NCBI GenBank assembly: GCA_965645245.1
Contig: OZ287080.1
Span: 806,001 to 870,000, forward strand
DNA: 64,000 nucleotides
Source: Massalongia carnosa
Taxonomy: Eukaryota
Direction: 5' to 3'
Made by a program: the position numbers and the translations under genes. The notes below the pieces were generated by a model. That model was given only the letters and a program-made list of their open reading frames with translations, was not told the DNA's origin and ran no database searches. Positions 10,275-23,493 of this stretch are shown piece after piece. The stretch's first letter is position 1; every line of letters begins with the position of its first letter.

Positions 10275-13200
10275 TTAACAATCTATTCAACAAATACTGA
10301 CACGCATATAACGGAAGGATACAACTCCCTAAAGCTACGCAGCTGCCGCCACGGGGCGAGGTCGTGATAGACCAGCACCCCAGCGAACAAAAATGTCAAG
10401 TCCCAACCGACTTCAAAGGAAAAAACACCTATACCGAAGGAAGCGCGACGCGCTCGAGAAATCACTGTTCATATAACGGAGAATGCAGATAAGGAAAAAT
10501 TATAGCTGATGCCCACCAAAGAGCTGGTAGAAAAATTGCAATATGGAGCGGAAGGAATACGAGAAGTGTCGCGCTTGTTAAATGACGATATAAGGATTCA
10601 CATGGAGTAATTGGAGGCAAAGAAAATTTTGCAGGAAAAGACCGACTAGACCCGCATGATTGCCGCCTCCGCAGCGGTGAATACTCGTACCTTCACGGTA
10701 AGGGCAAATGGAATCAGGGTAGAAAATATCAAAGTATCCAATCAATCAATTGCTATCGCGTACCTGCAGGCTGCCAACGCACGCCTGCATCCTGACCTTA
10801 AGATTATCAAAGTTGCTTAGTCCGTCAAGGCTATCAGGGAGAAGAAATTATACTCCATGCTACACATTGAGGTCGCTACCGCCGAGATGGCCAACCGGCT
10901 CATCACCGAGGGCCTGATAGAGGACTACGAAATAAAATACTGTGAGCGTTTAACACGCGGTTGCACCATGACCTAATGCTTTAATTGTCAGAAATATGGC
11001 CACATAGGTAGATCATGTCGCAATCCCCCCGCTTGAGGTCACTATATCGGTAGGCATCAAAGTAAAGAATGCAACTTAGAGACAACGGGGCAATACCGTC
11101 GATATTCCGTATGCGGAGAGAAGGCAAACGAGGCGTGGTCTATAGCATGAAAATCAGAAAGGCTGAAAAGCGAAAAACTGAAATTGCTATGTAAAATCGC
11201 GCTCCACTATGCAATATCGAGTCATAATCGCCCTCATTCTAGTTTCAAGGAGGGCCGACACTCGCAGCTACATAAACGAACGAAGTTTCGTCAACATAGA
11301 TAATTTTAAACGGCGACAGAAGAAAAATGCACAACGCGGGGCTCTCAGCCGATTTATCACTGGGCTTCCCCCGAGGAGAGCAAGTATCAACCTGGGCTAT
11401 ATAGGTATTATAAATCCTGAAAACATGATCAAAGCCTTAGCAAAACCAGCGTTAGGTAGACCCCGCGCAGAATCCGTAGTAACAACAGGTACCCAGGCCA
11501 CCCTAGTCACAGTAGTCGAAACCATGAAAATCCTATGAGGGACACAAATCCATCTCGATATTAAAGTTTAATGTCAAAAAAAAGAGTTAGTACTATGATA
11601 CCTATCTTAGCAGACACAAACACCCAGGACTATGATATCATTGCAATACAGGAGCCGTGGCACAACCTATCCGCCCCCGTATCGCTCAGTTTACATTAAA
11701 GTGGCTTTCACCTTCTATACCACCCAGGAGGCGACACCAGAGTATGTTTCTACATCAACGATGCAATAGACACTAATAGCTGTAAAGTAGAATTTCTCCC
11801 GGCCGACATATGCACGCTAAAAATCGAAAAATGCACCGAAGGCGTAGCGGAAGTGATCTATATATACAACGTATACAATTCCTCCCCTGTCTCCTATTCG
11901 TCTACTGACAGCCCCTCCACTCTATCGGCCGCTCGGAGCATGCTAACCCAACGCGTACATCATATCCTGCTTGGTGATTCCAATCTGCATCATTATTTTG
12001 GAATGCTCCTTCAAGACCTACACAACATGCTACAGCTGATCAATTGTTAGATATTATCGATGAATTCAATCTCTCGCTAACCTCCCCGAAAGGCACCTTA
12101 ACCTTGGAAGAAAGAAACACGTTTAGCACGATCGATCTAGTTTTCATGTCAGACTATCTAGTTGAAAGACTTGAACACTGCATAACCAGACAAGAATTAA
12201 ATCAATCGTCCGATCACGTACCAATATCAACCCGCATCCTACTCGGTAGTGAGTCGCAACCAAAAAGTAAACGCAGGGCATGGAAACTCCTGAATTTGGA
12301 AAAATTGAGGGAAGCCGAGCACCACGCACCTCTACCGCCGTCTCTATACACACCTGCCGAGATCGATACGTATACAGAATCGATTCAAAAATTCCTACAA
12401 AATACATCAATGCAGCCGTTCCATGAGCGAAACCTAGCGGATATGCTAAGCCTTTCTGGACAGAAGAATGCAAAATTGCCACCAAAGCCACACCAAAATT
12501 ACGCCGCATTTGGTCTGACACACGAGATCCAGCGGACTTGTCCAACTACATGAAATTGAATGACAAGAAACAGAAAATTATCCAAAAAGTTAAAAAGAGT
12601 AATTTTCGTCAAGAGATTAGTAAAACTATCGAAACGCCACAGGGTCTGTTGCGGCTAGCGAAATAGGCCACAGACAAAAGTTATTCAGCAAGAGAAGTAC
12701 CAAAAATGCCGACTTTAAAGTTCAATGATCAAATAGCAGACACGTTTAATGAGAAAGCCAAAATGCTGAAAAGCATTTTCTTTCCTGCACCACAACCGGC
12801 CGACTTAAGAGATATAGAAGGATCCTTCTATCCAGCATCGCCGCACTGTCCAATAATTATCACTAAGTCAGAAGTTTCGAAGGTCCTGCAACGGCTCAGG
12901 CCCGATAAAGCACCGGGTTCTGACGGCATACCTAATAGAGTACTCAAGGCATGCGCGAAAATACTTGTTGAATGAACTATTAATACCTCTGTTTCAGGGA
13001 TGCGTTACACTTTCGTACCATCTACGAGCCTTTATAATAGCAAACACAATAGCATTAAGAAATATAGACAAAGGGAATTAAACCACTCCTAAGGCTTATC
13101 GACCAATTGCATTACTCAAAACGATCAGCAAAGTAATTTTAATCTATTATAGGATCAAAAATAATCTATTTAGCGGAAACACATCGGCTCCTACCCGATA

Positions 13201-14269
13201 TACACATGGGAGCGAGAAAGTGCATATCTACAGAGTCAGCTCTGGAGTTGTTAACCTAACATGTTCACACGATTTAGGGAAAAGGAAAAGATAAAGTAGC
13301 CATACTTTTAAGCATAGACGTCACCGGCGCGTTTGAACCAGTTTTACATCAAAGACTAACACAAAATCTACGTAAAAGAAAAATCCCGAAATAGATTACC
13401 GATTTGTAAAACAGGTTTTGGAATAATTGTAACACAACTCTAGCTATAAATCGAAGAGCGACCGGACGATTCGCGGTGAGAACTGCCATACAACAGGGCT
13501 CCCCTCTCTCATCCATTATTTATCTATTCTATAATGCAGACCTATTGGAAATATGTGAGTGACCAAGTACAAATACGAGTGCCATAGAATTTGTAAACGA
13601 TGCCAACATTTTGGCATACGGAAAAAGTACAGAAGAGAATTGCAAGACTCTGGAGTCAATACACAGACAATGCGCAAATTAGGCTTCCCGACACGGATCT
13701 CTATTCGCTCCGACGAAGTACGAACTCATTTACTTGTCTAGAAATCCCAAGATATTCAATATGGATCCATCTATCAACATTGCAAGCACCGAAATTGAAC
13801 CAAAAACGGACATTAGAATCTTAGGCTTGCAAATTGACACCAAATTGAAATGGGGACTACATGTTCGCAAAACGCAAATAAATATGGTTATACAATCTAT
13901 GGCATTGACAAAAATCTCCACATCGACTTGGGGTACCATCTTGACCAAAGCAAGGCAAGTTTACAGCGCCGTAGTTACGTCTAGTCATGACATACGGGTC
14001 AACCGTATGGCACATGTCTAAAGAAGTCAAAAAGTCAAAAACGTCAGCTAGCAAGCTTTCCGTTATACAAAACAACTGCCTTCGAGCCATATCCGGTATC
14101 TTTAAAGCTACTCCCATTCCAGTTCTTAAAGCGGAGACATATATAGCACCTATAGATTTATACCTCGACACGCTACAGGCGCTGACCAGATATCGACTCC
14201 GAGCCGGAGGTCAATCGAATGTCATTTCTTCCGTATACAGCAAAATAGTTAACAAACTTCAAGGCAAGG

Positions 14270-14440
14270 TATGACGAAGCGAGAGAGTGAATAGATTTCT
14301 ACCATTGCGCCACCTGTGGTTCCCGACCAAAAGGCACAATACTTAATCCGCAGACCAAGCTCTATTCTACTATAACTGGGACTCCTGCTATGTTCGCTGT
14401 AGGTCCTGCCGTCCGCACCACGCTTGGTCGAACCGTTATA
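14270..14440 (-). mobile_element. Solo LTR (171 bp) of the TRIM-like family
   Basis: Matches the 9704 and 10104 repeats; perfect TSD CAAGG (14265-14269 and 14441-14445). Confidence 0.9.
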
Positions 14441-15112
14441 CAAGGCAGGTCGTAAACGACTTCAAAAACCCATTCCGGGAGAGCTGAAGCATACCTGGGC
14501 CAAAAACCTACTGATCGACGCAAAAATAGTTCAACTACCTAAAGCATACCCATAATGGTCCGACCCCTCCCCAGCGCCTCTCCGCGAAGTCTCCGTAGTA
14601 GCGTTCGCTCGTCAAAAACAAATGCAGAAAATTAAAGCACGACAGCTGAAAGTCTGGAACAACTCGTGGAGCATATATCGAAATCGCGTCACCGAACCCT
14701 CTATAGCGCAATCAGTCCCACTGAGCAAAAAACGACTGAAAATACAACGCTGCTAAAAAAGGCAGAAAGCGCCCAGAAAACACAGATCCGTACCGGTAAG
14801 ATCGGACTAGCTAATTTCATCTACCAGCGACGGATCCCCGCCGTCACCTCACCGGCCTGCCCATGTGGTTGGCACAGACAAACTCCAGAACACGTAATTA
14901 TGTTCTGTAGACTTATTGACAATAGAGAAAAGATGTTTTGCGCTGGCACGAACAACTATCAACAGTTGACCGAAAGATCAAAAACTCTAAAGATATTTAC
15001 TACCTGGCTAATGAAAACAGGTCTAGTGACCCAATTCTTACTGGTATCTAAAATTTTGTACAATTAACAGTAATTTCACTTCTCTTTTCCTTCTATCTTA
15101 AAAGGCGTCACG

Positions 15113-16206
15113 AAAAACTTTCGCAATAGATTCTACCCATCTTTCTCATTCATTTGAGCCTCTCTTGAGTAAAAACGCACAAGAATTGGGTACGGTAGAG
15201 CTCCTTTAAGGCTCCTGCAGAGTTTTTCTGCTGGTCGCATTATTCCAACTCACTCCAAAAAACGCCACCTAAAATTTACAAAAAAAAATCAAAAAACATC
15301 TACGATTCCATCGAAAATCGCTCAATTTTCGATATCTCTTCGATTTTATTGTCGCATAGATCTTATTTATTATCACTGAAATCATCAACAAAAAACACTT
15401 ACTGTCGCGTTACTGTATACCTGTTGTCGTCGTGTCAAAATCTTTGAAGTTCATTTTCATATTTAAGGTTTCTGGTACCTGCGCAAGCAGTATATTACTT
15501 GCATATTCAGTGCATATTTCGTGCAAAAGTTTATTTTAGGTTTTCTTGTTTACTATCGAACGGCCAGACCAACAATCTACTTTTGGATATCCATTTCTCA
15601 ACATTTGACGACCTGCTGAAAGGAAGGGGAAAAAAGTCTGGAATAGGGTTATATCAAAGGCCCTACTTCAGCCTAATCAGAATAGGAGGTCCCTATTTTC
15701 TATATCGTACTTGATTTTATTTTTGATTAAAAAGTACTAAAATTATCCTATTTGATTAAAATTTTCATTATTTTCAACTACAGTAGTGTATGGTAAAGGG
15801 TTAAATCAGACTTAATGCCTAAGCGAGGAACGGTCTACTTTAACCCGATTAGGATTTATTTGACTTGTTATTGTCAATTAAATAGGAATAGGAAAGAAAG
15901 AGTTATTTGACAAGTAAATCGGTATAATATCTATTTTGACTAGTACGTCTGGGGAACGTCAGAATAAACTATTTGGTGGTGATAAAAGAGATTTAGAAAA
16001 GGCATGTTCAACCAGGTAATCAACCCGGTAGCACACTCGGCACTCCCTAGAACTAGACGATTATTGGCGAGACCACCCCCCGAGGCCCCCCACCTAGAAA
16101 TTTATCGGCCCGCCCAAGTCCCCCCCCGGGTCCCCCCCAAAACGACTCTCCCGCGCCATCTTCAGTAGCCATGATTGGGAGCTCACCCCCATCCGAGGAG
16201 TTTATA
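15113..16206 (+). mobile_element. TAATG-family LINE copy C: 5' UTR and ORF1 start
   Basis: Similar to reverse complement of the leaders at 25152-26027 and 42861-43757; ORF1 SSPPSEEF continues as IESMDQSGKFSS at 44677. Confidence 0.88.
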
Positions 16207-16586
16207 CAGTCCCGTGCCAAAAGTCTGTGGCCCAACCCGTAATTTTCGTGCTTTCGCGTTTTCAACTCATCAACCCCCTATCTTCCACCTTATCATTTCA
16301 CCATGCTTCGTGCTTCTTTGACCCCCATAAGTGGTAATCGGCCTCGTAACACTGAATTGACGCCATATCAACGTGGTATGATTGTTGGGGCCCAAGCGTT
16401 GGGGCAAACACCGACCGAGATTGGGAAGACTCTTAATTTCACTAAATCGACCGTGCAGAGCACCATTCAGATGCATTCAATTCGCAACGACGGCGTGTCT
16501 AAATCACGTTCTGGACGGCCTGAAGTGCTGTCAGAACGCGATCGACGTTATATCATCAAGCATGCACGAATCAATCCACGAATCAC

Positions 16587-16968
16587 ATTTTATTCAATAC
16601 CAAAATTGGAAATGACATTTTGATAAAGTTTATTGCCAAAAACAAAATCGCTACTAGAAAATGGATACTAGGTCAGCTAGAAGACGAAATTGTCGAAACG
16701 GGAGGTTGGGGAGAGATCGAACAGTAAAATCAGAATTGATTTATGCTGAAACACTTACGAACTTTACAAAGACAAATTGTAAAATCGAAAATTCGATTAC
16801 TATAGGTTTTTACTAATACGGAGTAAAAACGGGGAAAAATTGAAGATTCATAGATGGGTTATAAAGGGTTGATTTATTTGTATTATAGAAATATATCTTA
16901 AAATAGTTTAGTGTCATAACCTTAGGTTGAATACACTCAATGAATAAATAGATAAAAAATAATAAAAA
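16587..16968 (+). mobile_element. 5'-truncated TAATG-family LINE (3' end only)
   Basis: ETGGWGEIEQ stop, 3' UTR, A-rich tail; 14-bp TSD AATCCACGAATCAC (16573-16586 and 16969-16982). Confidence 0.93.
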
Positions 16969-19482
16969 AATCCACGAATCACTTATGCACAAATTATACT
17001 AGAAGTGGGGCTCTGCTACAGTCGTACGACCATTTATCGGGCACTCAAACTGTATATTTTTTTTATTTATTCATTAAGTGTATTCAACCTAAGGTTATGA
17101 CACTAAACTATTTTAAGATATGGTTTTATTTTACAAATAAATCAACCCTTTATAACCCAACTATGTATCGTCAATATTGCCCCGTTTTTACTCCGTGTTA
17201 GTAACAACCTTTAGTAATCGAAATATCGATTTTAAAATTTGTTTTTGTAAAGCTCGTAAATATTCCAGCATAAATCATTTCTAATTTTACTGTTCGATCT
17301 CTCCCCAACCTCCCGTTTCGATATTTTCGTCATCGAGCTGACCTAGCATCCATTTTCTAGTCGCGATTTTGTTATCAACAATAAATTTAATCAAAATATT
17401 ATTTCCGATCCTAGTATTAAACAACATTTTTAAAGTAATTGTTGTATCGATATTTTGTTTCATGTTTAGGATTTCATTTGAATAATGTATGCAATTCATC
17501 AATAAGTGTTCTGGCGTTTGACGTTCGTTGCAGCGCCCTGTGCATTTTGACGAATTATAATCTTACAATCGGTGCAGATATGATCGAAAATAACCGTGTC
17601 CGAATTTCATTTGCATAATAGTTGCAAATATTAATTTAGAACAATTATTCGACAGATAATAAAAACTCGATTTGCCCGGCTGCATTTCGAATTTCTCATA
17701 GTATTTGCCTTTTGACTTGCATTGTTGCCATTGATTCGCCCATGTGGCTAACATATTTCGATTTATTTGACCCTTCACATAATCAAATGTTATTATCGAA
17801 GACTCGACTAGGATTCGACTATGTCCCGCTTTTGCTGCTTTATCTGCAATTTCATTTTCGACGATTTTCGAATGACTAGGAATCCATTGTAGAACCACCT
17901 GATAATTGTTTCCGAATAAGCATTTCGAGAATTTTCGAATTTGTTTTGCGTAAGTATGATTTGTCAAGTTCTGAATTTCGTTTATCGCGTTTATGCTATC
18001 GGAAAAAATCCAAATCGTTTTTTCCAAATTGAAGAGAATATTCGCAATTGTCAATTTGTATGCCCATTTTATTGCTTGTAGTATCGCATACAGTTCAGCG
18101 TTTTTAACGCTTAACTGTTTGTTTAATTTCCAGCTTTTCGAAATCGTATGATGTTTGAGGAGACAATCTTTTTCGATAAAACGATTGAAGTTATCGGTGA
18201 GATTGTTCCAATTTCGCGTAATTGGTGCAAATGTGACAGCGGAAGTTGAAAACTCGGTTTTTGATCCATCGGTATAGAGTAAAATTTGCGATTTATTGGC
18301 GTTTATAGATTGAATTTTTGATAAAGTCGAATAATAACTTGACTTTGCTGTTTCTTTTGATCTTTCGATTTGGAACTTGATTTTACAAGACGGCTTCCAT
18401 GGTTTGATGAAATTATTTACTGATTCCAATTCATCAGTTTTGTGAACTATATCCGAAACGGAATGAAGAATACGGATAAGCTGACTAGGATGAGGTTTAC
18501 TCGATTTTTTCTCGTCTTCGTTCCATTCAACATATCTGTTGTTCCATAAACTAGTGTCAAAACCGATGTTTTCAAATTTCACCGTATAGGTACTGGGAAT
18601 TCTTTGAAAAATAGGATTATTTTCGGCAATCTTCAATAATCGAATTGCGTATTTTTGATTTTTCATCAACAATCGTAGCTTGGCTGGTAAAATATGCGAT
18701 TCAATTTCCATCGCCTGAACAGGCGTCGTTTTGAATGTGCCTAAAATCTTTCGAATCATTCGATTTTGCAGCTTCTGAAATAGCTTTTCATATTTCTTTT
18801 GACCGTTATACCAGATTTCTGAGCCATAGTCCGAAATAGGAATAATGCATGACAAATAGAGCTGTCTGCATGCAGTTGGCTTTAGTCCCCATTCAGACTT
18901 CATCAAATTTGGAATTGCGAAAAACGATCGATTTGCAGAAGCAATTCGCGTTTCGACGTGTTTTTTGTAATTTAGTTTTCGGTCTAACCAGACTCCTAAC
19001 CATTTGACAGAATTTTTCGGTTCTAGTATTGTCCCGTTTGGTAATTGCACTTTGTCTTTTGATGCATTTCTTGACTTTTCGAAGTGAATCAACTCAGATT
19101 TGTCGTCAACAAATTTGACATTATTCGTTGCGGCCCAATCAAAAGCTGTTTTGACGATAATTTCGATTTCTTTGCAATTCTGTGTGGCAGTTTTATTTTC
19201 GACATATATTGCAACATCGTCTATAAAGCTAGGTGAATGAGCATTGTTTATTTTTTTTTATTTATTCATTAAGTGTATTCAACCTAAGGTTATGACACTA
19301 AACTATTTTAGGATATGTTTCTATATTACAAATAAATCAACCCTTTATAACCCATCTAAGTATCGTCAATTTTTCCCCATTTTTACTCCGTGTTAGTAAC
19401 AACCTATAGTAATCGAAAAATATCGATTTTACAATTTATCTTTGTAAGTTCTTAACTGTTTCAGCATAAATCGTTTCTGATT

Positions 19483-22400
19483 TTACTGTTCGATCTCTCC
19501 CCAACCTCCAGTTTCGAAAATATCGTCATCAAGCTGACCTAGTATCCATTTTCTAGTCGCGATTTTGTTATTGACAATGAATTTAATCAAAATGTCATTT
19601 CCGATTTTTGTATTAAACAACATATTCAAGTTGATCGTAGTATCGATGGTTTGTTTCATGTTTTGAATTTCATCGAAATAGTGAATGCAATTCAATAACA
19701 AGTGTTCTGGCGTTTGTCGTTGATTGCATCGATTTGGGCATTTTGACGAATTATAATCTTTCAATCGATGTAAATATGATCGAAAATAGCCGTGTCCGAA
19801 TTTTAATTGCATAATAGTAGCAAATATCAATTAGGAACAGTTGTTTGATAAATAATAAAATCTCGATATGGCAGGTTTCATTTCGAATTTCTCGTAGTAT
19901 TTGCCTTTTGATTTGCATTGTTGCCATTGATTCGTCCATGTGGTTAGCATATTTTGATTTATTTGATCTTTTACATAATCAAATGTTATAGCCGAGGACT
20001 CGACTAGGATTTGATTATGGCCCGTCTTTGCTATTTTGTCTGCAATTTCGTTTTCGGTAATATTCGAATGACTCGGAACCCATTGCAAAATCACCTGATA
20101 ATATCTTTCAAATAAGCGTTTTGCGAGCTTTCGAATTTGTCTTGCGAAAATATGATTTTTCAAGTTCTGAATTTCGTTTATCGCGTTTATACTATCAGAA
20201 AAAATCCAAATCGTTTTTTCCAAGTTCGATAAAATAATAGTATTAGACAATTTATAGACCCATTTCATTGCTTGTAAAATTGCATGCAGTTCAGCATTTT
20301 TAATGCTTGACTGTTTGCTTAATTTCCAGCTTTTCGAAATCGTATGATACTTGATCAGACAATCTTTTTCGATAAATCGATCAAAATTATTGATAATACA
20401 ACTCCAATTCCTCATAATTGGCGCAAATGTGACTGCAGACGTTGCAAATTCGATTTTTGATCCATCCGTATAAAGTAAAACTCGGGATTTATCGGAGTTC
20501 ATTGATTGAATTTTGGATAAGGTCGAATAATAACTTGATTTAGCAGATTCCTTTGTATTTTCGATTTGAAATTCGATTTTGCACGGCGATTTCCAAGGTT
20601 TAATAAAATGATTTGATTGTTCAAACTCATCAGTTTTGTGAACTATGTCGGAAACGGAATGAAGAACGCGAATGAGCTGACTAGGATGTCGTTTATTTGT
20701 TTGTTTTTCGTCTTCGTTCCATTCGGCATATTTGTTGTTCCATAAACTAGTGTCAAAACCGATGTTTTCGAATTTTATCGAATATGTATTTGGAATTCTT
20801 TGACAAATAGGGTTATTTTCGGCAATCTTCAATAATCGAATTGCGTATTTTTGATTTTTCATTAATAATCGAAGTTTAACTGGTAAAACATGTGATTCAA
20901 TTTCCATCGCCTGAATAGGTGTGGTTTTGAAAGTTCTTAAAATCTTTCGAATCATTCGATTTTGTAGGTTCTGAAATAGTTTTTCATATTTCTTTTGACC
21001 ATTATATCAAATTTCTGAGCCATAGTCCGAAATAGGAATAATGCATGACAAATAGAGCTGTCTGCATGCGGTCGGTTTCAGACCCCATTCGGATTTCATC
21101 AAATTCTGAATTGCAAAAAACGATCGATTCGCAGAAGAAATTCGCGTTTCGACGTGTTTTTTGAAATTCAGTTTCCGGTCTAACCAGACGCCCAACCATT
21201 TGACTACATTTTTCGGTTCTAGTACTGTCCCGTTTGGTAATTCCAATGTTTTCGATACATTTCTTGTCTTTTCGAAGTGAATCAGCTCGGATTTATCGTC
21301 ATCAAATTTGACATTATTCGATGCGGCCCAATCAAAAGCTGTTTTGACTATGATTTCGATTTCTTTGCAATTTTGTTTTGCAGTTTTATTTTCGACATAT
21401 ATTGCAACATCGTCAATAAAACTGGGAGAATGTGCATTAAATTTCATTCTTATTTTCGGAAACAAGTGACGAATGTAAATCAGAAATAGAATAGGCGAGA
21501 TTGGTGAACCTTGTGGAATTCCTGATTCGACATAATATGTTTTGCTTTTGTTTTCATCGAATATCAAATTGATCGATCGTTTTGTCATGAAATGCTTGAC
21601 CCATTGAATTATTATGCGAGATAATTTCAGCTTTTTCATGACATTTAGCAGTTGATTAATCGAGACAAAGTCAAATGCGCCTTTGACATCGAGTAATAAA
21701 CAGGATAGAACTCTTTTATTTCGATTCGCAATTTCGATATCATGAACGACGTTCATTACTGCGTCAATTGCAGAATGATTTTTGCGTCCGCCCATCTGTT
21801 CGATATCTAGTAAATTCGAATTTTCGCCGAAGTAGGCTAGTCGATTTGTAACGATTTTCTCAGCAATTTTACCAAGACAATTTAGTAATGTGATAATTCG
21901 ATATGATTTTGGTAGCGAATAGTCTGATTTATTAGGTTTTTTCAGAACTGCACCGAGTCCGGTCCGCCAGCATAACGGGTGATAACCGATTCGAATGAAT
22001 TTCGAATAAATCATGAAAAACACGTTTTTCAACGATTGAAACGATTTTTGAACAATTGTAAAATTGATTGCATCAGGTCCACATGCTTTCTTCGGATTAA
22101 ATAAACTAATCGCATTTTTCAACTCGTTTTCGGTCAAATCTGGCCAATTATCATCATTTACGCTGTCTTGATTTGATAAATCTTCCTCATTATCGTCAAT
22201 AAATGGGTTTTTTGTATACATTGCTGACACAAATGCATCGCATTTGTCATCAAACTGAACATTTAGCTTGTTTTCATGTAGAATCGGCGGTATTTTTTCG
22301 AATATTCGCGGTTTAGTGTATTTATACGCGGTAAATACATCTTTATTTGCTGCATTTTCAAGAAAAGTCAACCATGTTTGTTGTTTTGCTTTTCGAATTG

Positions 22401-23493
22401 CATGAAAATACTCGATTCGACTATGTTTAAACGTCCGATGACTAAAATCGGACGGATAATTCTTCCATTCTCGACGATGTCTGCACATGGTTTTTCGAAG
22501 TTCAGTTAAATCATGCGACCACCAATTTTTCGATTTTGCACAAATTTTCGTTTTCGGAATAAACATTTCAGCCGCGTTTTTGATAACGTTTTGCAAATAT
22601 ATCGCTGATTCGTCGAATTGATGATTATTCAATAAACTTTGAACTTGTGATTCGTAGATGGTTGAATTTTCGTCTAGATACTTCGCGAATTTATTCCAAT
22701 CAGCTTTATTGCAATTGTATTTATTCGATAATGCGGTTGCATGTGACGTCAAGTTTTTGAAAGATGCGATTAGTTCAAATCGGATGACTTCAGGATCAGA
22801 ACCTGTGACTGCGTTTTCATCGATTGACCAATTTGTAATTGCATTTTCGATTTTAGAATTTGCAAAAGTTAAATCAATAACAGATGAAGAACTTCCAGAA
22901 TGGGCGTAGTATGTACATAAGTCAGGTGTGTTTATCAAGCTACACCTGTTTAATTTCAACCATTCGACAAGATTTTCTGATCGAATTGCTTGTTGAATTT
23001 TCGAATTCCACCAGTTATGATGTGCATTGAAATCTCCACAGATGACGAATTGATCAGTTGATTTTGGTTGTAATTGGATTAAAAGTCGATCGATCGTGTA
23101 TGTTTCTCGATCACTTTGACTTTTTTCGTTATAAATATTGAAAATCTGCACTTTTCGAACTTCATCAATTGTAATTTCAATAATTTGCATATCGGAATCG
23201 TCAATAAGATCCGTTCTAGGCGTGCATTGCAGTTTGGAATTGCCATTTGTGACAAATATAGCTACTCTCGAGCGATAAGTCGCTATTTTTGGCATAATAC
23301 ATGTAAATGACGGATGTGATATTGTTTTTTGATCTCGTGTCCATGGTTCCTGAAACAAAACAATATCAATTTGATTTGATAAAGCATATTCCAAACACGA
23401 TATCATTGCATTTGTTGACTTTGCACAATTATGTTGAATAAATTTAACATTTTGTGTATTTTCGATGTTTGTCAACGAATGCTGTCCTGCCAT
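19483..23493 (-). pseudogene. LINE A1 ORF2 (APE, RT, RNase H, zinc finger) with two in-frame stops
   Basis: QEPW, GDFNAHH, QGSPISP, FIDD, YTDGS, WVPSH; stops at 21007-21009 and 19831-19833 in one frame. Confidence 0.93.

Larger units (their letters stand above)
9518..15100 (+). mobile_element. Old decayed Tad1-like LINE (LINE-X), a family distinct from the TAATG LINEs
   Basis: ORF1 remnants to TGA 11538 with ATGA overlap (11535-11538); APE (IAIQEPW, LLGDSNLH, TIDLVF, SSDH), RT (KAPGSDGI, QGSPLS) and C-terminal CPCG...TPEH...C (14666-15067). Ends approximate. Confidence 0.85.
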
